Source of the DNA: Desulfatiglandales bacterium | Lineage (GTDB): Bacteria > Desulfobacterota > DSM-4660 > Desulfatiglandales > HGW-15 | NCBI GenBank assembly: GCA_963667015.2 | Contig: CAXXJJ010000004.1 | Coordinates: forward strand, 896,001-960,000 | Direction: 5' to 3' | Length of the DNA: 64,000 nucleotides | In this document: positions 38,587-47,812 of the stretch, in pieces | How positions within the stretch are numbered: the stretch's first letter is position 1 | How the letters are laid out: each line of letters begins with the position of its first letter | Made by a program: the position numbers and the translations under genes | Notes under the pieces: generated by a model | Database searches by the model: none | Told to the model about the DNA's origin: nothing | Seen by the model: only the letters and a program-made list of their open reading frames with translations

Positions 38587-40473
38587 ATGGAAAGAAAAAT
38601 ATCAGAGATAGACTTTTCCGGTCTGATTAAAAAGAAATTTTATCCGTCACCCGCAGCCTGGGAGGATGAAGTCTTATACTTCCTGATGGTTGATCGGTTT
38701 TCTGACGGAGAAGAGAACCAGTATCTTGATAATCAGGGTAACATGATAACTGACGGATCAACGCCGCCTTTTAAACTTGAGGATCGTTGTAATGCAACGA
38801 GAACTGATGAAGACAGAAAAAAGTGGTTTGATGCAGGAAGTACATTTGTTGGCGGAAAAATCAAAGGCATAGAATCAAAACTCGGATACTTAAAGCGTCT
38901 TGGTATTACTGCCATATGGATAAGCCCAATTTTCAAACAGGTTGCTTTTGAAGGGACCTATCACGGGTATGGTATCCAGAATTTCATGGATGTGGATCCT
39001 CATTTTGGTAACCGTGATGAACTGGCATCCATGGTCCGGACTGCACATTCGCATGGCATCCGGGTCATCCTGGATATAATACTGAACCACAGCGGAGATG
39101 TTTTTGCCTACAATCCTGAAGAGTACAAATGTGATATTCGTGATAATGACGGGAATGTAAAAGGAAAAGAGGCATGCTGGCAGATGGACAGAAGCACCTA
39201 TGGTGTAAAGGGATTTAGAGATCGGTCTGGCAATCCTTCCCTGCCCTTTGGCCCTGTGCCTGAAACTGAATTTCCTGACGGCGCAGTATGGCCTGCTGAA
39301 ATGCAGAATCCTGCTGCCTTCAGCAGGCGTGGGTGTATCAGAAATTTTGATTTTGATCCGGAATTCCGTGAAGGAGATTTCTTTTCACTAAAGGATATAA
39401 ACCTCGGAAACGGTGCAGTTGATAACTTTTATCCTTCGCAGGCCCTATTTAACCTGTGTGAGGTATACAAATTCTGGATTGCATTTGCTGATATCGACGG
39501 ATTCAGGGTGGATACGGTAAAGCATATGGATGATGGTGCGAGCCGCATTTTTACATCTGCTATCCATGAATTTGCCCAGAGCATAGGAAAAGAAAATTTC
39601 TACCTTATAGCAGAAATCACAGGAGGACGTGAAAACGCATTCAATACCCTTCAGGAGATTGGTATGAATGCGGCTCTGGGCATAAATGATATACCGGATA
39701 AACTCGAATATCTCGTTAAAGGATATCGTGATCCTGAATGGTACTTTGATCTGTTCAGGAACTCTATCCTCGTAAACAAGGAATCCCATACATGGTTTAA
39801 AAACAAGGTTGTGACAACCTTTGATGACCACGACCAGGTGCGAAAGGGTGGAAACAAAGCACGTTTTTGTCATGATGAAGGCCCGGGTCAGAAAGATAAT
39901 TATAAAATGATACTGAATGCCCTTGCTTTAAATGCCACTACCATGGGAATTCCCTGCATATATTATGGATCGGAACAGTGTTTTGACGGTCATGGTGATA
40001 ACGACCGCTATTTAAGGGAAGCCATGTTTGGTGGAAATTTCGGTGCCTTTGAAAGCAAAGAATGTCATTTTTTCAATGAAGACAATGATGTCTATAAAGA
40101 ATTGAACAGGATTTTAGAGATAAGAAAAAACAGTATAATAATAAGGCGTGGGCGTCAGTATCTACGTTCTATATCAGGAGATGGTATTAATTTTGGTCTG
40201 CCCCGGATGATTGGAGGAGTGATTCGGTCAGTGGTTCCATGGTCAAGGATTTTTAACAATAAAGAAGTGCTTCTAGCGATAAATACGGATTACAATGAAC
40301 CCAAGAGTGCATGGGTTACCGTAGATAATGGTTTACATTCTGCCCGAGATACCATGACCTGTATTTACTCTACAGATTCACTGCAGAGAAATTCCAGTGT
40401 AAATATAGAAGATCGAAACGGAAAAGCCATTTATATCACTGTGCCGGCTGCCGGATTCGTTATATTTGAATAG
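38587..40473 (+). CDS. GH13 alpha-amylase family glycosidase
   Basis: LGYLKRLGITAIWISP, YHGY, LDIILNH, DGFRVDTVKH, IAE, DDHD. Confidence 0.92.
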   Translation: MERKISEIDFSGLIKKKFYPSPAAWEDEVLYFLMVDRFSDGEENQYLDNQGNMITDGSTPPFKLEDRCNATRTDEDRKKWFDAGSTFVGGKIKGIESKLGYLKRLGITAIWISPIFKQVAFEGTYHGYGIQNFMDVDPHFGNRDELASMVRTAHSHGIRVILDIILNHSGDVFAYNPEEYKCDIRDNDGNVKGKEACWQMDRSTYGVKGFRDRSGNPSLPFGPVPETEFPDGAVWPAEMQNPAAFSRRGCIRNFDFDPEFREGDFFSLKDINLGNGAVDNFYPSQALFNLCEVYKFWIAFADIDGFRVDTVKHMDDGASRIFTSAIHEFAQSIGKENFYLIAEITGGRENAFNTLQEIGMNAALGINDIPDKLEYLVKGYRDPEWYFDLFRNSILVNKESHTWFKNKVVTTFDDHDQVRKGGNKARFCHDEGPGQKDNYKMILNALALNATTMGIPCIYYGSEQCFDGHGDNDRYLREAMFGGNFGAFESKECHFFNEDNDVYKELNRILEIRKNSIIIRRGRQYLRSISGDGINFGLPRMIGGVIRSVVPWSRIFNNKEVLLAINTDYNEPKSAWVTVDNGLHSARDTMTCIYSTDSLQRNSSVNIEDRNGKAIYITVPAAGFVIFE

Positions 40474-41178
40474 AAGTATTATCTATTTGACAATTAAAAG
40501 GTTCTCCGGGAGAAGGCAAATGTTAAAGTTCTTGAGCATTATTCTGTTAAGTTTTATAATTGCTAAATTCGCATCAATTCATAATCAATCAGTTGAACTT
40601 TCCGAAAATTCAGTATAAAGGGGGCAAATCTCCTAATAGCTTTTGATAATTATTTTAATGAGCTAATCGGACCCTTTTATTACATCTCTATTCTTCAAGC
40701 AGTGTTGCGGTGCATGATATGCCAGATGAAGGTTACACACCTTTTATTGAAATGGCAATTACAGAAGAAGTACCTCTTATAACAGGAAACATAAAGCATT
40801 TTCCATAACAATTGAGAAAAGGATGTACAGTTATCTCTCCTGCAAAATTTCTCAAAAAGTATTTTTAGCTTTTCTTCTGTGCCGGCATTCACTTTTTTGG
40901 ACTTATGTCGTGTTAACGATATACCGTCTTAAGGTGCCATTTCGACAAATGGAGAAATCTTTTTTCCCTCTTTCCTATTTTCTGATTCCTCTTTTCCTGC
41001 TTTCCCTTTCAGCTCTTTTTCCCTTGCTTTTTAAGCTTGGATATTTTACCCAGTTAGATCAGCATAGCCCCGATAAACCGGAGACAGTTCTAAAAAATTT
41101 TTAATATTGAATTAAGTAAATCCCTATAAATTACATTGTAATTCCTAATATAAACCATTCTTTTATAGGAGAAATGCC

Positions 41179-42477
41179 ATGTATATGAAAACAGGAACAA
41201 TAAAATATCCGACCAAATTTTTTTCCGGAAGGACCGCTGTTATTTTATTATCTGTGCTCTTAATATGTTTTTCCAGCATGATCGGAGCCGCAGATCGGGA
41301 TACCGCAAATAAAACCTGGATTGCCTCCTGGGGTGCAAGCCCAACGACTTTTATATCTTTTGATAACAGTTCCCCTCCGGAACCTATTGATAATCAGACT
41401 ATCCGCCAAATCGTACGCATAAGCCAAGGCGGTGAAAAGTTACGGGTACGGTTCTCCAATGAATTCGGCGACTCAACACTCAATATCGGCGCAGCGGCAA
41501 TTGCAATTGTAGACAGTGAATCCACTATTAAACCCGGATCCTCAAAAAAATTGACTTTCGGCGGAGCCGATTCCATTACTATCCCGCCAGGCGCGCCGAT
41601 ATTAAGCGATCCTGTTGATTTTCCAACCACGGCATTGAGTACACTGGCAGTCAGCATATACCTGCCTGAGAAGACCAAAATTAGCAGTATCCATGCAGGA
41701 CGCATTGCCTATATTTCTTCCAGCGGAGATTTTACACTGTCTCCAAAACTGAACGATGCAGTTAAGACGGCAACTATGGCCTTTATGACAGGTATCTATG
41801 TCACAGCCCCAAAAGATACCGGGGTTATTGTTGCCCTTGGAGATTCCATAACCGACGGGTCAGCATCCACACCCTACACATTTAATAACTGGCCGCAGGA
41901 TCTTGCAGAACGTCTTGCAAAAAGGAAAGGCAGAAACAGAGGCATGGCAGTGGTAAATCAGGGGATCGCGGGAAACCAGTTGCTTCGTAGCGGTGCAGGA
42001 GACAGTACTCTGGTTCGCTTCGACCGGGATGTTCTGTCCACTCCGGGATTGTCTCATATCATCGTGTTAATAGGCATCAACGATATCGGCAGCGGTGGTA
42101 TGCAGTTTCCAGGGATAACAGGACCTGCTCCTGCAATGAGAACCCCTGAAGAGCTGATTGCCGGCTATCGGCAGTTGATTGCACGCGCTCATACATTCTC
42201 TCCATCGGTGAAAATTTACGGTGCAACATTAACTCCTTTTGAAGGAACCTTTGAGGGATACTATTCACCGAAAAAAGATAAAATACGAGAGGCGGTCAAC
42301 AAATGGATCAGGACCAGTGGAGAATTCGATGCTGTAATTGATTTCGATAAAGCGGTCCAGGATCCAAAGCATCCCTCAAAAATGGCGCCGGAATATGATT
42401 CCGGAGATAAACTCCATCCCGGCGATACCGGATACAGAAAAATGGCAGATTCTATTGACCTAATGTTGTTTAAATAG
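41179..42477 (+). CDS. Secreted SGNH/GDSL hydrolase
   Basis: ALGDSITDG, NQGIAGN, GIND, GDKLHP. Confidence 0.9.
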   Translation: MYMKTGTIKYPTKFFSGRTAVILLSVLLICFSSMIGAADRDTANKTWIASWGASPTTFISFDNSSPPEPIDNQTIRQIVRISQGGEKLRVRFSNEFGDSTLNIGAAAIAIVDSESTIKPGSSKKLTFGGADSITIPPGAPILSDPVDFPTTALSTLAVSIYLPEKTKISSIHAGRIAYISSSGDFTLSPKLNDAVKTATMAFMTGIYVTAPKDTGVIVALGDSITDGSASTPYTFNNWPQDLAERLAKRKGRNRGMAVVNQGIAGNQLLRSGAGDSTLVRFDRDVLSTPGLSHIIVLIGINDIGSGGMQFPGITGPAPAMRTPEELIAGYRQLIARAHTFSPSVKIYGATLTPFEGTFEGYYSPKKDKIREAVNKWIRTSGEFDAVIDFDKAVQDPKHPSKMAPEYDSGDKLHPGDTGYRKMADSIDLMLFK

Positions 42478-42651
42478 TTTTGGAATAGAGATATGATACG
42501 GATATAAAATGAGATGATTGAAATAATTGACTCGTAAAAAGGGGATGTCGGAGCATATCACAAAATGTGACATCCTCTACTATTTAATATGAGTCATTGG
42601 TAGCCCCATATCCCTGTATTTACATAGTTGATAGTATAGAAAGAGGCTATT

Positions 42652-42835
42652 ATGAAAAAGCTTAAATATGGAATATCAATTTTCCTGGTAATAGTCATTG
42701 TCGGCCTTGTTTTCCGTTCTCGTAATCAAGCGCATATGTTAACTCATAACCCAAAACCAGATCGATTGCCTATCACATTTTCACCTTCCGACATAGGCTT
42801 GGCATAAAAAGAAGTAACGGTTACAAACGATGTTA
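42652..42835 (+). pseudogene. Truncated N-terminal fragment of an alpha/beta-hydrolase-like gene
   Basis: MKKLKYGISIFLVIV...SPSDIGLA*KEVTVTND; in-frame TAA at 42805-42807, then a repeat element. Confidence 0.5.
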
Positions 42836-42850
42836 ATAATGATGCTTTGC

Positions 42851-42948
42851 GTGAAAGCACCGGGGTCGAAAGCACCGGCCCTTGACTGTGACGTTTAAGT
42901 GCTATCTTCAGGTAATAAATGTTTTAATGGGTGACCTCGGTCTATTCA
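42851..42948. repeat. Family B hairpin element (GGGGTC..CCTTGAC..TGAC), copy 1
   Basis: Aligns along its length with 45775-45865; GAAAGCACCGG duplicated at its 5' end. Confidence 0.7.
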
Positions 42949-43072
42949 CACAGTGGCTTGATTCGCTATCTTATAGCAAGCGAAATGCTGCATTGGCGTA
43001 ATATGCCATTGCCAATTAAAGGTTAAATTATGTAACACTCTGATATTCAACCTAAATATGAACTTAATCCTT

Positions 43073-43088
43073 TGGCACAAATCCTGCT
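43073..43088 (+). promoter_or_regulatory. Sigma54 (-24/-12) promoter candidate
   Basis: TGGCACAAATCCTGCT, GG-N10-GC spacing. Confidence 0.55.
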
Positions 43089-43309
43089 AAATAAACAACC
43101 AGGGTGAAAATGACGGGAAAAGACCCGACTTCTAGATGTGATTAAACTCTACTAATTTTTATATTGACCACATATGTAAGTTTATATAACAAAACCTATT
43201 ATCTTTTTACCGTCTTTTATTGGTATTTTTGCTTAAAAAGCACGCTGCCTTTCCGAATCAATCGAATATTTAATTGTCAAACAGTACTTTAAGAAAAGGA
43301 TATTTTGCA

Positions 43310-45751
43310 ATGGCCAATACTGAGATTAGAGCAGCCTTTCGTGTTTTTTACCGTGAAAAAAGTTATGCCTTTATCAATCTCGCCGGATTAACCCTGTCTG
43401 TCGTGTGCTGTCTTATACTCGGCCTTTACCTGAGAAGCGAACTTACCTATGAACAGCATAATGAAAAGTACAAACAGATTTACAGGGTTGCCCATGCGTT
43501 TACACATAGCGGACCGCCGGACAGGATGGCATTAACACAGATTCCCCTCGGGACCATGCTCAAGGAAAACTATCCGGAAATTCTGGACTATGTTCGTTTT
43601 ATACAACCTTACAATAATGTTCTTATTCGCGCCAATGATAACGCCAGGTACTGGAGGACAATCTATGGCACTGATAAAAATGTATTTGATATGTTTACCC
43701 ATGAGATTGTTTATGGTGATCCGAAAACTGCGTTGAATGAGCCCGACTCAATCGCAATCAGTGAATCCTTTGCGAAATACTATTTTGGCAACAGTAATCC
43801 CATGGGTAAAATCATCAAAACCGAAGCCGAAGGAGTCGTTAGTGCATTGCCCAGGAAGGTCACGCTTGTTTTTCGTGATCTGCCCGAAAATACCCATTTG
43901 AAATACCATGCCCTTTATCATTGGGTTGATCCTCCAAATGTCAACCGGCTGTTGTACAACGCGAGAAGCTTTACCTATCTGTTAATGCCAGAGAATTATA
44001 ACATGGACAGCTTTAAAGCCATCAGTGATTCGTTCTTTGAACGTTTTTTCAAGGATAATCCAAGGATGGCACACAGCACCTGGGAATGCTGGCTTCAGCC
44101 ACTTACTGACGTACACCTACATTCAGATCTGATATACGATCTTCCAACAGGCAACATTTATTATGTTTATGGATTTTTATCTGTTGCTGTCTTCATTCTT
44201 CTGGTGGCCTGTATCAACTATGTGAACCTGGCAATAGCGCGCGCTGCAAAACGTGCAAAAGAAATCGGGATGAGAAAGATCCTGGGTGTATCCAGATCCC
44301 GTTTGATGACCTACTTTTTTGGAGAAGCAGCCATTTTTACAATCATCGCCCTTGCTGCAGGCACAGTGATAACAGCAGTCCTGCTGAAACTGACTCCTTT
44401 AAACAGCCTGTTTAACAGGGAACTGTCTTTAAGTATTACAAATGATCCGCGGATTTTACTGGCTTTGCTGGTGCTTGGCCTTGTCATAACCCTGTTATCC
44501 GGTTTTTATCCGGCGTTCTATCTCTCTTCCATCTCTCCCATGACAGCTCTGGCAGATAATCGAAAAAGTAAAAATAGTGGATTTCACCTCAGGGAACTGC
44601 TTGTTTTTGTACAGGTAACGGTCTCCATCATCGTTATTGCCTGTACCCTGATCATGGCTCAACAGATGTTTTTTATATCCCATATGCCCATGGGATTTGA
44701 TAAAAATAACAGAGTTATAATTGATCTACATGGTCTGGATGTGATTGAAAAGTATAAGCTCCTTAAAAATGAGCTCTTAAAAAACAGCAGCATACTTGGC
44801 GTCTCGGCCATCTCGGAAATGATTCTCTCTGAGCAGCTTGTTCCCGGTGATCAGGGAATGGTCGACAACGCGGAAGGCGTGATGGAAGCAACCTCTTTCA
44901 GTTATTTAGAGGTGGAAGAAAACCTTGTGAATGTAATGGGAATGGAATTGATTGAGGGCAGAAATTTCGATAAAAAATTTATCACCGATATAGGCACCTC
45001 CTTTGTTGTCAATGAAACACTGGTAAAGGCCAGGGGATGGGATAATGCCCTTGGAAAACGGATTCAACTCGGCCGTATGACTGGCAAGATCATCGGCGTG
45101 GTTAAGGATTTCCATTTTAAGCCCATTCACACTCCGGTCGAGCCTCTTGTAATGTGGCAGTTCAGCGATAAGGTAAATTACCAGGGAATTCCTGATGAAC
45201 AGCGTGATATGATACGGAGATCCATGATCGTGCATATTGCAAATTCCAATGTCCAGAAAACGCTGTATTTTCTCAGTGAAAAATTCCAGGAATTCGATCC
45301 GCGTCATCCTTTTGAGTATGAATTCCTGGATCATTCCATTGAAAAACTCTATATGTCCCAAGAACGCCTTATGAAAATGGCCGGGATTTTTTCAGGTATA
45401 TGTATCTTCATATCCTGCCTCGGGTTATACGGCCTTTCGAGTTTTTCTACCGAACAGCGCAGCAAAGAGATCGGGATACGTAAAGTTCTCGGTGCTTCCT
45501 CGTTGCAGATCATTACTCTACTTGCACGCAAGACCATGTGGCTTGTTATGGCAGGCGCTCTTGTCGCCACAATTATTGCATGGTATGCAATAGGAGAATG
45601 GCTGGAAAGCTTTGCCTACAGAGTTGCCATAAATCCGACGGCTTTTTTGTTATCTATCATTATAGTGCTCGGCCTGGCATTTCTGACCATTGCGGCACAG
45701 TCCTTTAAAACAGCTCAGAAGAATCCTTCGTTATCGCTGCATCATGAATAA
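43310..45751 (+). CDS. Duplicated FtsX/MacB-type ABC transporter permease
   Basis: INLAGL, LQPLTDVHL, ACINYVNL, KEIGMRKILG, second KEIGIRKVLGAS. Confidence 0.9.
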   Translation: MANTEIRAAFRVFYREKSYAFINLAGLTLSVVCCLILGLYLRSELTYEQHNEKYKQIYRVAHAFTHSGPPDRMALTQIPLGTMLKENYPEILDYVRFIQPYNNVLIRANDNARYWRTIYGTDKNVFDMFTHEIVYGDPKTALNEPDSIAISESFAKYYFGNSNPMGKIIKTEAEGVVSALPRKVTLVFRDLPENTHLKYHALYHWVDPPNVNRLLYNARSFTYLLMPENYNMDSFKAISDSFFERFFKDNPRMAHSTWECWLQPLTDVHLHSDLIYDLPTGNIYYVYGFLSVAVFILLVACINYVNLAIARAAKRAKEIGMRKILGVSRSRLMTYFFGEAAIFTIIALAAGTVITAVLLKLTPLNSLFNRELSLSITNDPRILLALLVLGLVITLLSGFYPAFYLSSISPMTALADNRKSKNSGFHLRELLVFVQVTVSIIVIACTLIMAQQMFFISHMPMGFDKNNRVIIDLHGLDVIEKYKLLKNELLKNSSILGVSAISEMILSEQLVPGDQGMVDNAEGVMEATSFSYLEVEENLVNVMGMELIEGRNFDKKFITDIGTSFVVNETLVKARGWDNALGKRIQLGRMTGKIIGVVKDFHFKPIHTPVEPLVMWQFSDKVNYQGIPDEQRDMIRRSMIVHIANSNVQKTLYFLSEKFQEFDPRHPFEYEFLDHSIEKLYMSQERLMKMAGIFSGICIFISCLGLYGLSSFSTEQRSKEIGIRKVLGASSLQIITLLARKTMWLVMAGALVATIIAWYAIGEWLESFAYRVAINPTAFLLSIIIVLGLAFLTIAAQSFKTAQKNPSLSLHHE

Positions 45752-45774
45752 TTAAGTTTTTTGATAAGCAGAAC

Positions 45775-45865
45775 ACCGGAAAACACAGGGGTCACTCCTT
45801 GACTTTGACTTTTTAGTACTAACTTCAGGTGGTAAAAGTGTCAAGGAATGACACTGATCTGTTCA
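45775..45865. repeat. Family B hairpin element, copy 2
   Basis: GGGGTCACTCCTTGACTTTGAC...GTCAAGGAATGACAC. Confidence 0.7.
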
Positions 45866-46028
45866 ATCATACATGGTGCCTGACAGTGTTGTTGACATTA
45901 AGTCAGGTATCGGTAGAATAAGAGGCTTTGAATTTATAGTACCCTGATTTTTCCCTGACGTCGGTATTTTTCCTGTTTAAGATTGTAAATGCCACAACCT
46001 TAAATCCGCTTCAAACAGGAGGTGCCCT

Positions 46029-47777
46029 ATGAAAATAAAAAGGGATTTCTTTATAATAATTTCATTTATTTTTCTTTTACCTGTAATCTTTTTCGGCTGT
46101 GATGATGGTTCAGTGTCAGCCGAAAAGTATCAGGAGGAGCCTTTGAAAAATGTTGAACCCGCAGAAGAAGTCATGGAGATGCTCCATGATCTTTGCGATA
46201 TCGCCGGGTATGGCATTCATTCAGGGATACAGACACAGCCTAAGGCAGATCAGGCTGCCAACTATATTCTTAAAAGGCTTCACGGATACGGTGTACAAGC
46301 CAGACTGGAACAAATTACGGCGAATAGCCCCTATCCGGAAAAATTTGAACTTACAGTCGAAATCGAAGGTCAGGACAGCAGGACATTAACCAGTTTTCCA
46401 TTGCAGTGGACTGTAGGAACTCCGGAAGGAGGCGTTAAGGGCAAGCTCATATATGCAGGAGACGGGTCTGCTTCCAATTTTGAACTTGTTGACGTTAAAG
46501 ACAAAATTGTTTTGATAGACGAGAAAATGATGCGGGGTTACAATCCTACCGGCAGAGCAAATAATGCGGTTATTACCGCCAAAGATAAAGGTGCTATTGG
46601 TGTAATTCGAGCCGGCCTCCAGGTGGATAGTCCCCAATTCCAAAAGGGTGACCCGACAATGCCGCCCGATATCTTCCCAATCCCGGTTTTCTCAGTTGGC
46701 AAGAGCGTGGGAGATTATCTAAGAGACCTGGCAACCTCTTCTATGCCTCCAAACATCAAGATGATTCTCAAGGTGCCGCAAAATAAATTTAACGCACATA
46801 ATGTTGTTTTTGAATTGCCTGGAAACGGCAGTATGGATGAAGTCATTTTAGTAGGTACACACTATGATACCGGAATGTTTACCGGGGCTGTTGATAATAA
46901 TGGCAGCGTTGCTTTAATGATAGCGTGGACAAGATACTTTGCTGATAAACCGAAGGCATCAAGAAACCGCGACATGATCTTTGCCTGGTGTTTTGGACAT
47001 GATTTTGACAATAATACCGGCCATTACCAGTTTGCCGAGGCACATAAGGCGCAACTGGAAAAGGCAATAGTGTGGGATGTTGACCATGCTGTTGGAGGCA
47101 TAAGGTATGTGTTCGATGACACTGAAGGAAAAATCTTACCAACTGACAAAACCAACGAGTTTTATATCATTTCCAATAATTATACCTTTTCCAGGCTAGC
47201 GGCATTCACCATGGATAAGTATGGATTTATCTGCACCCATAATCGTTTTAATTCCATTGGGTCTGGACCCCAGTGGGGAATTGCACCATCAACCCGTCCC
47301 TGGGTTAATGTGGCGACTATTCCACTCTACTATCACTCCATTCTCGATACTCCTGAAAAGGTTACTCTTGATCAGGCAAGGCGTGCCTATGCCGCACATA
47401 TTGAAATTCTGGAAAATATCGACCGGACACCTGAGGGATTCCTTGAATACGATAACATCAGCAAGAAACGTCCTAACAGGCCTCCTGAAGTAAGAATTGA
47501 TATATTGTCAGAGAAAGTGAGGGTGGGAGACCTTGTCCTGGTCTGGAATGATTCATACTCATTTAACGATGACAAGACTTCTTATCATCATCCGGCGTTA
47601 CCTGAATGGGCAGGCACTACATGGGATTGGGGAGATGATACTCCCCTGACAATTGGCGGTCCCATGGTTAATCATGCCTATGAAAATCCGGGGACATATG
47701 TAATTACAATGACCTTTACTGATACGGAAGGTGCTCAGAGCAAGGCTGAGCGTGAAATCAAAGTGCTTTCCAGGTAA
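46029..47777 (+). CDS. M28-like metallopeptidase lipoprotein with PA and PKD domains
   Basis: Lipobox FFGC; KDKIVLI (PA); THYD, GAVDN, YYHS..DT; WDWGD...HAY..PGTY (PKD). Confidence 0.8.
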   Translation: MKIKRDFFIIISFIFLLPVIFFGCDDGSVSAEKYQEEPLKNVEPAEEVMEMLHDLCDIAGYGIHSGIQTQPKADQAANYILKRLHGYGVQARLEQITANSPYPEKFELTVEIEGQDSRTLTSFPLQWTVGTPEGGVKGKLIYAGDGSASNFELVDVKDKIVLIDEKMMRGYNPTGRANNAVITAKDKGAIGVIRAGLQVDSPQFQKGDPTMPPDIFPIPVFSVGKSVGDYLRDLATSSMPPNIKMILKVPQNKFNAHNVVFELPGNGSMDEVILVGTHYDTGMFTGAVDNNGSVALMIAWTRYFADKPKASRNRDMIFAWCFGHDFDNNTGHYQFAEAHKAQLEKAIVWDVDHAVGGIRYVFDDTEGKILPTDKTNEFYIISNNYTFSRLAAFTMDKYGFICTHNRFNSIGSGPQWGIAPSTRPWVNVATIPLYYHSILDTPEKVTLDQARRAYAAHIEILENIDRTPEGFLEYDNISKKRPNRPPEVRIDILSEKVRVGDLVLVWNDSYSFNDDKTSYHHPALPEWAGTTWDWGDDTPLTIGGPMVNHAYENPGTYVITMTFTDTEGAQSKAEREIKVLSR

Positions 47778-47812
47778 TTGATGGTTAAGGCATTCAATTG
47801 AGGAGGGGAACT

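Noticed and set aside
40500..41110. ORFs 40695-40892 and 40823-41104 as genes or an IS remnant
   Set aside because: Low-complexity and stop-interrupted, with no recognisable motif or terminal repeats.
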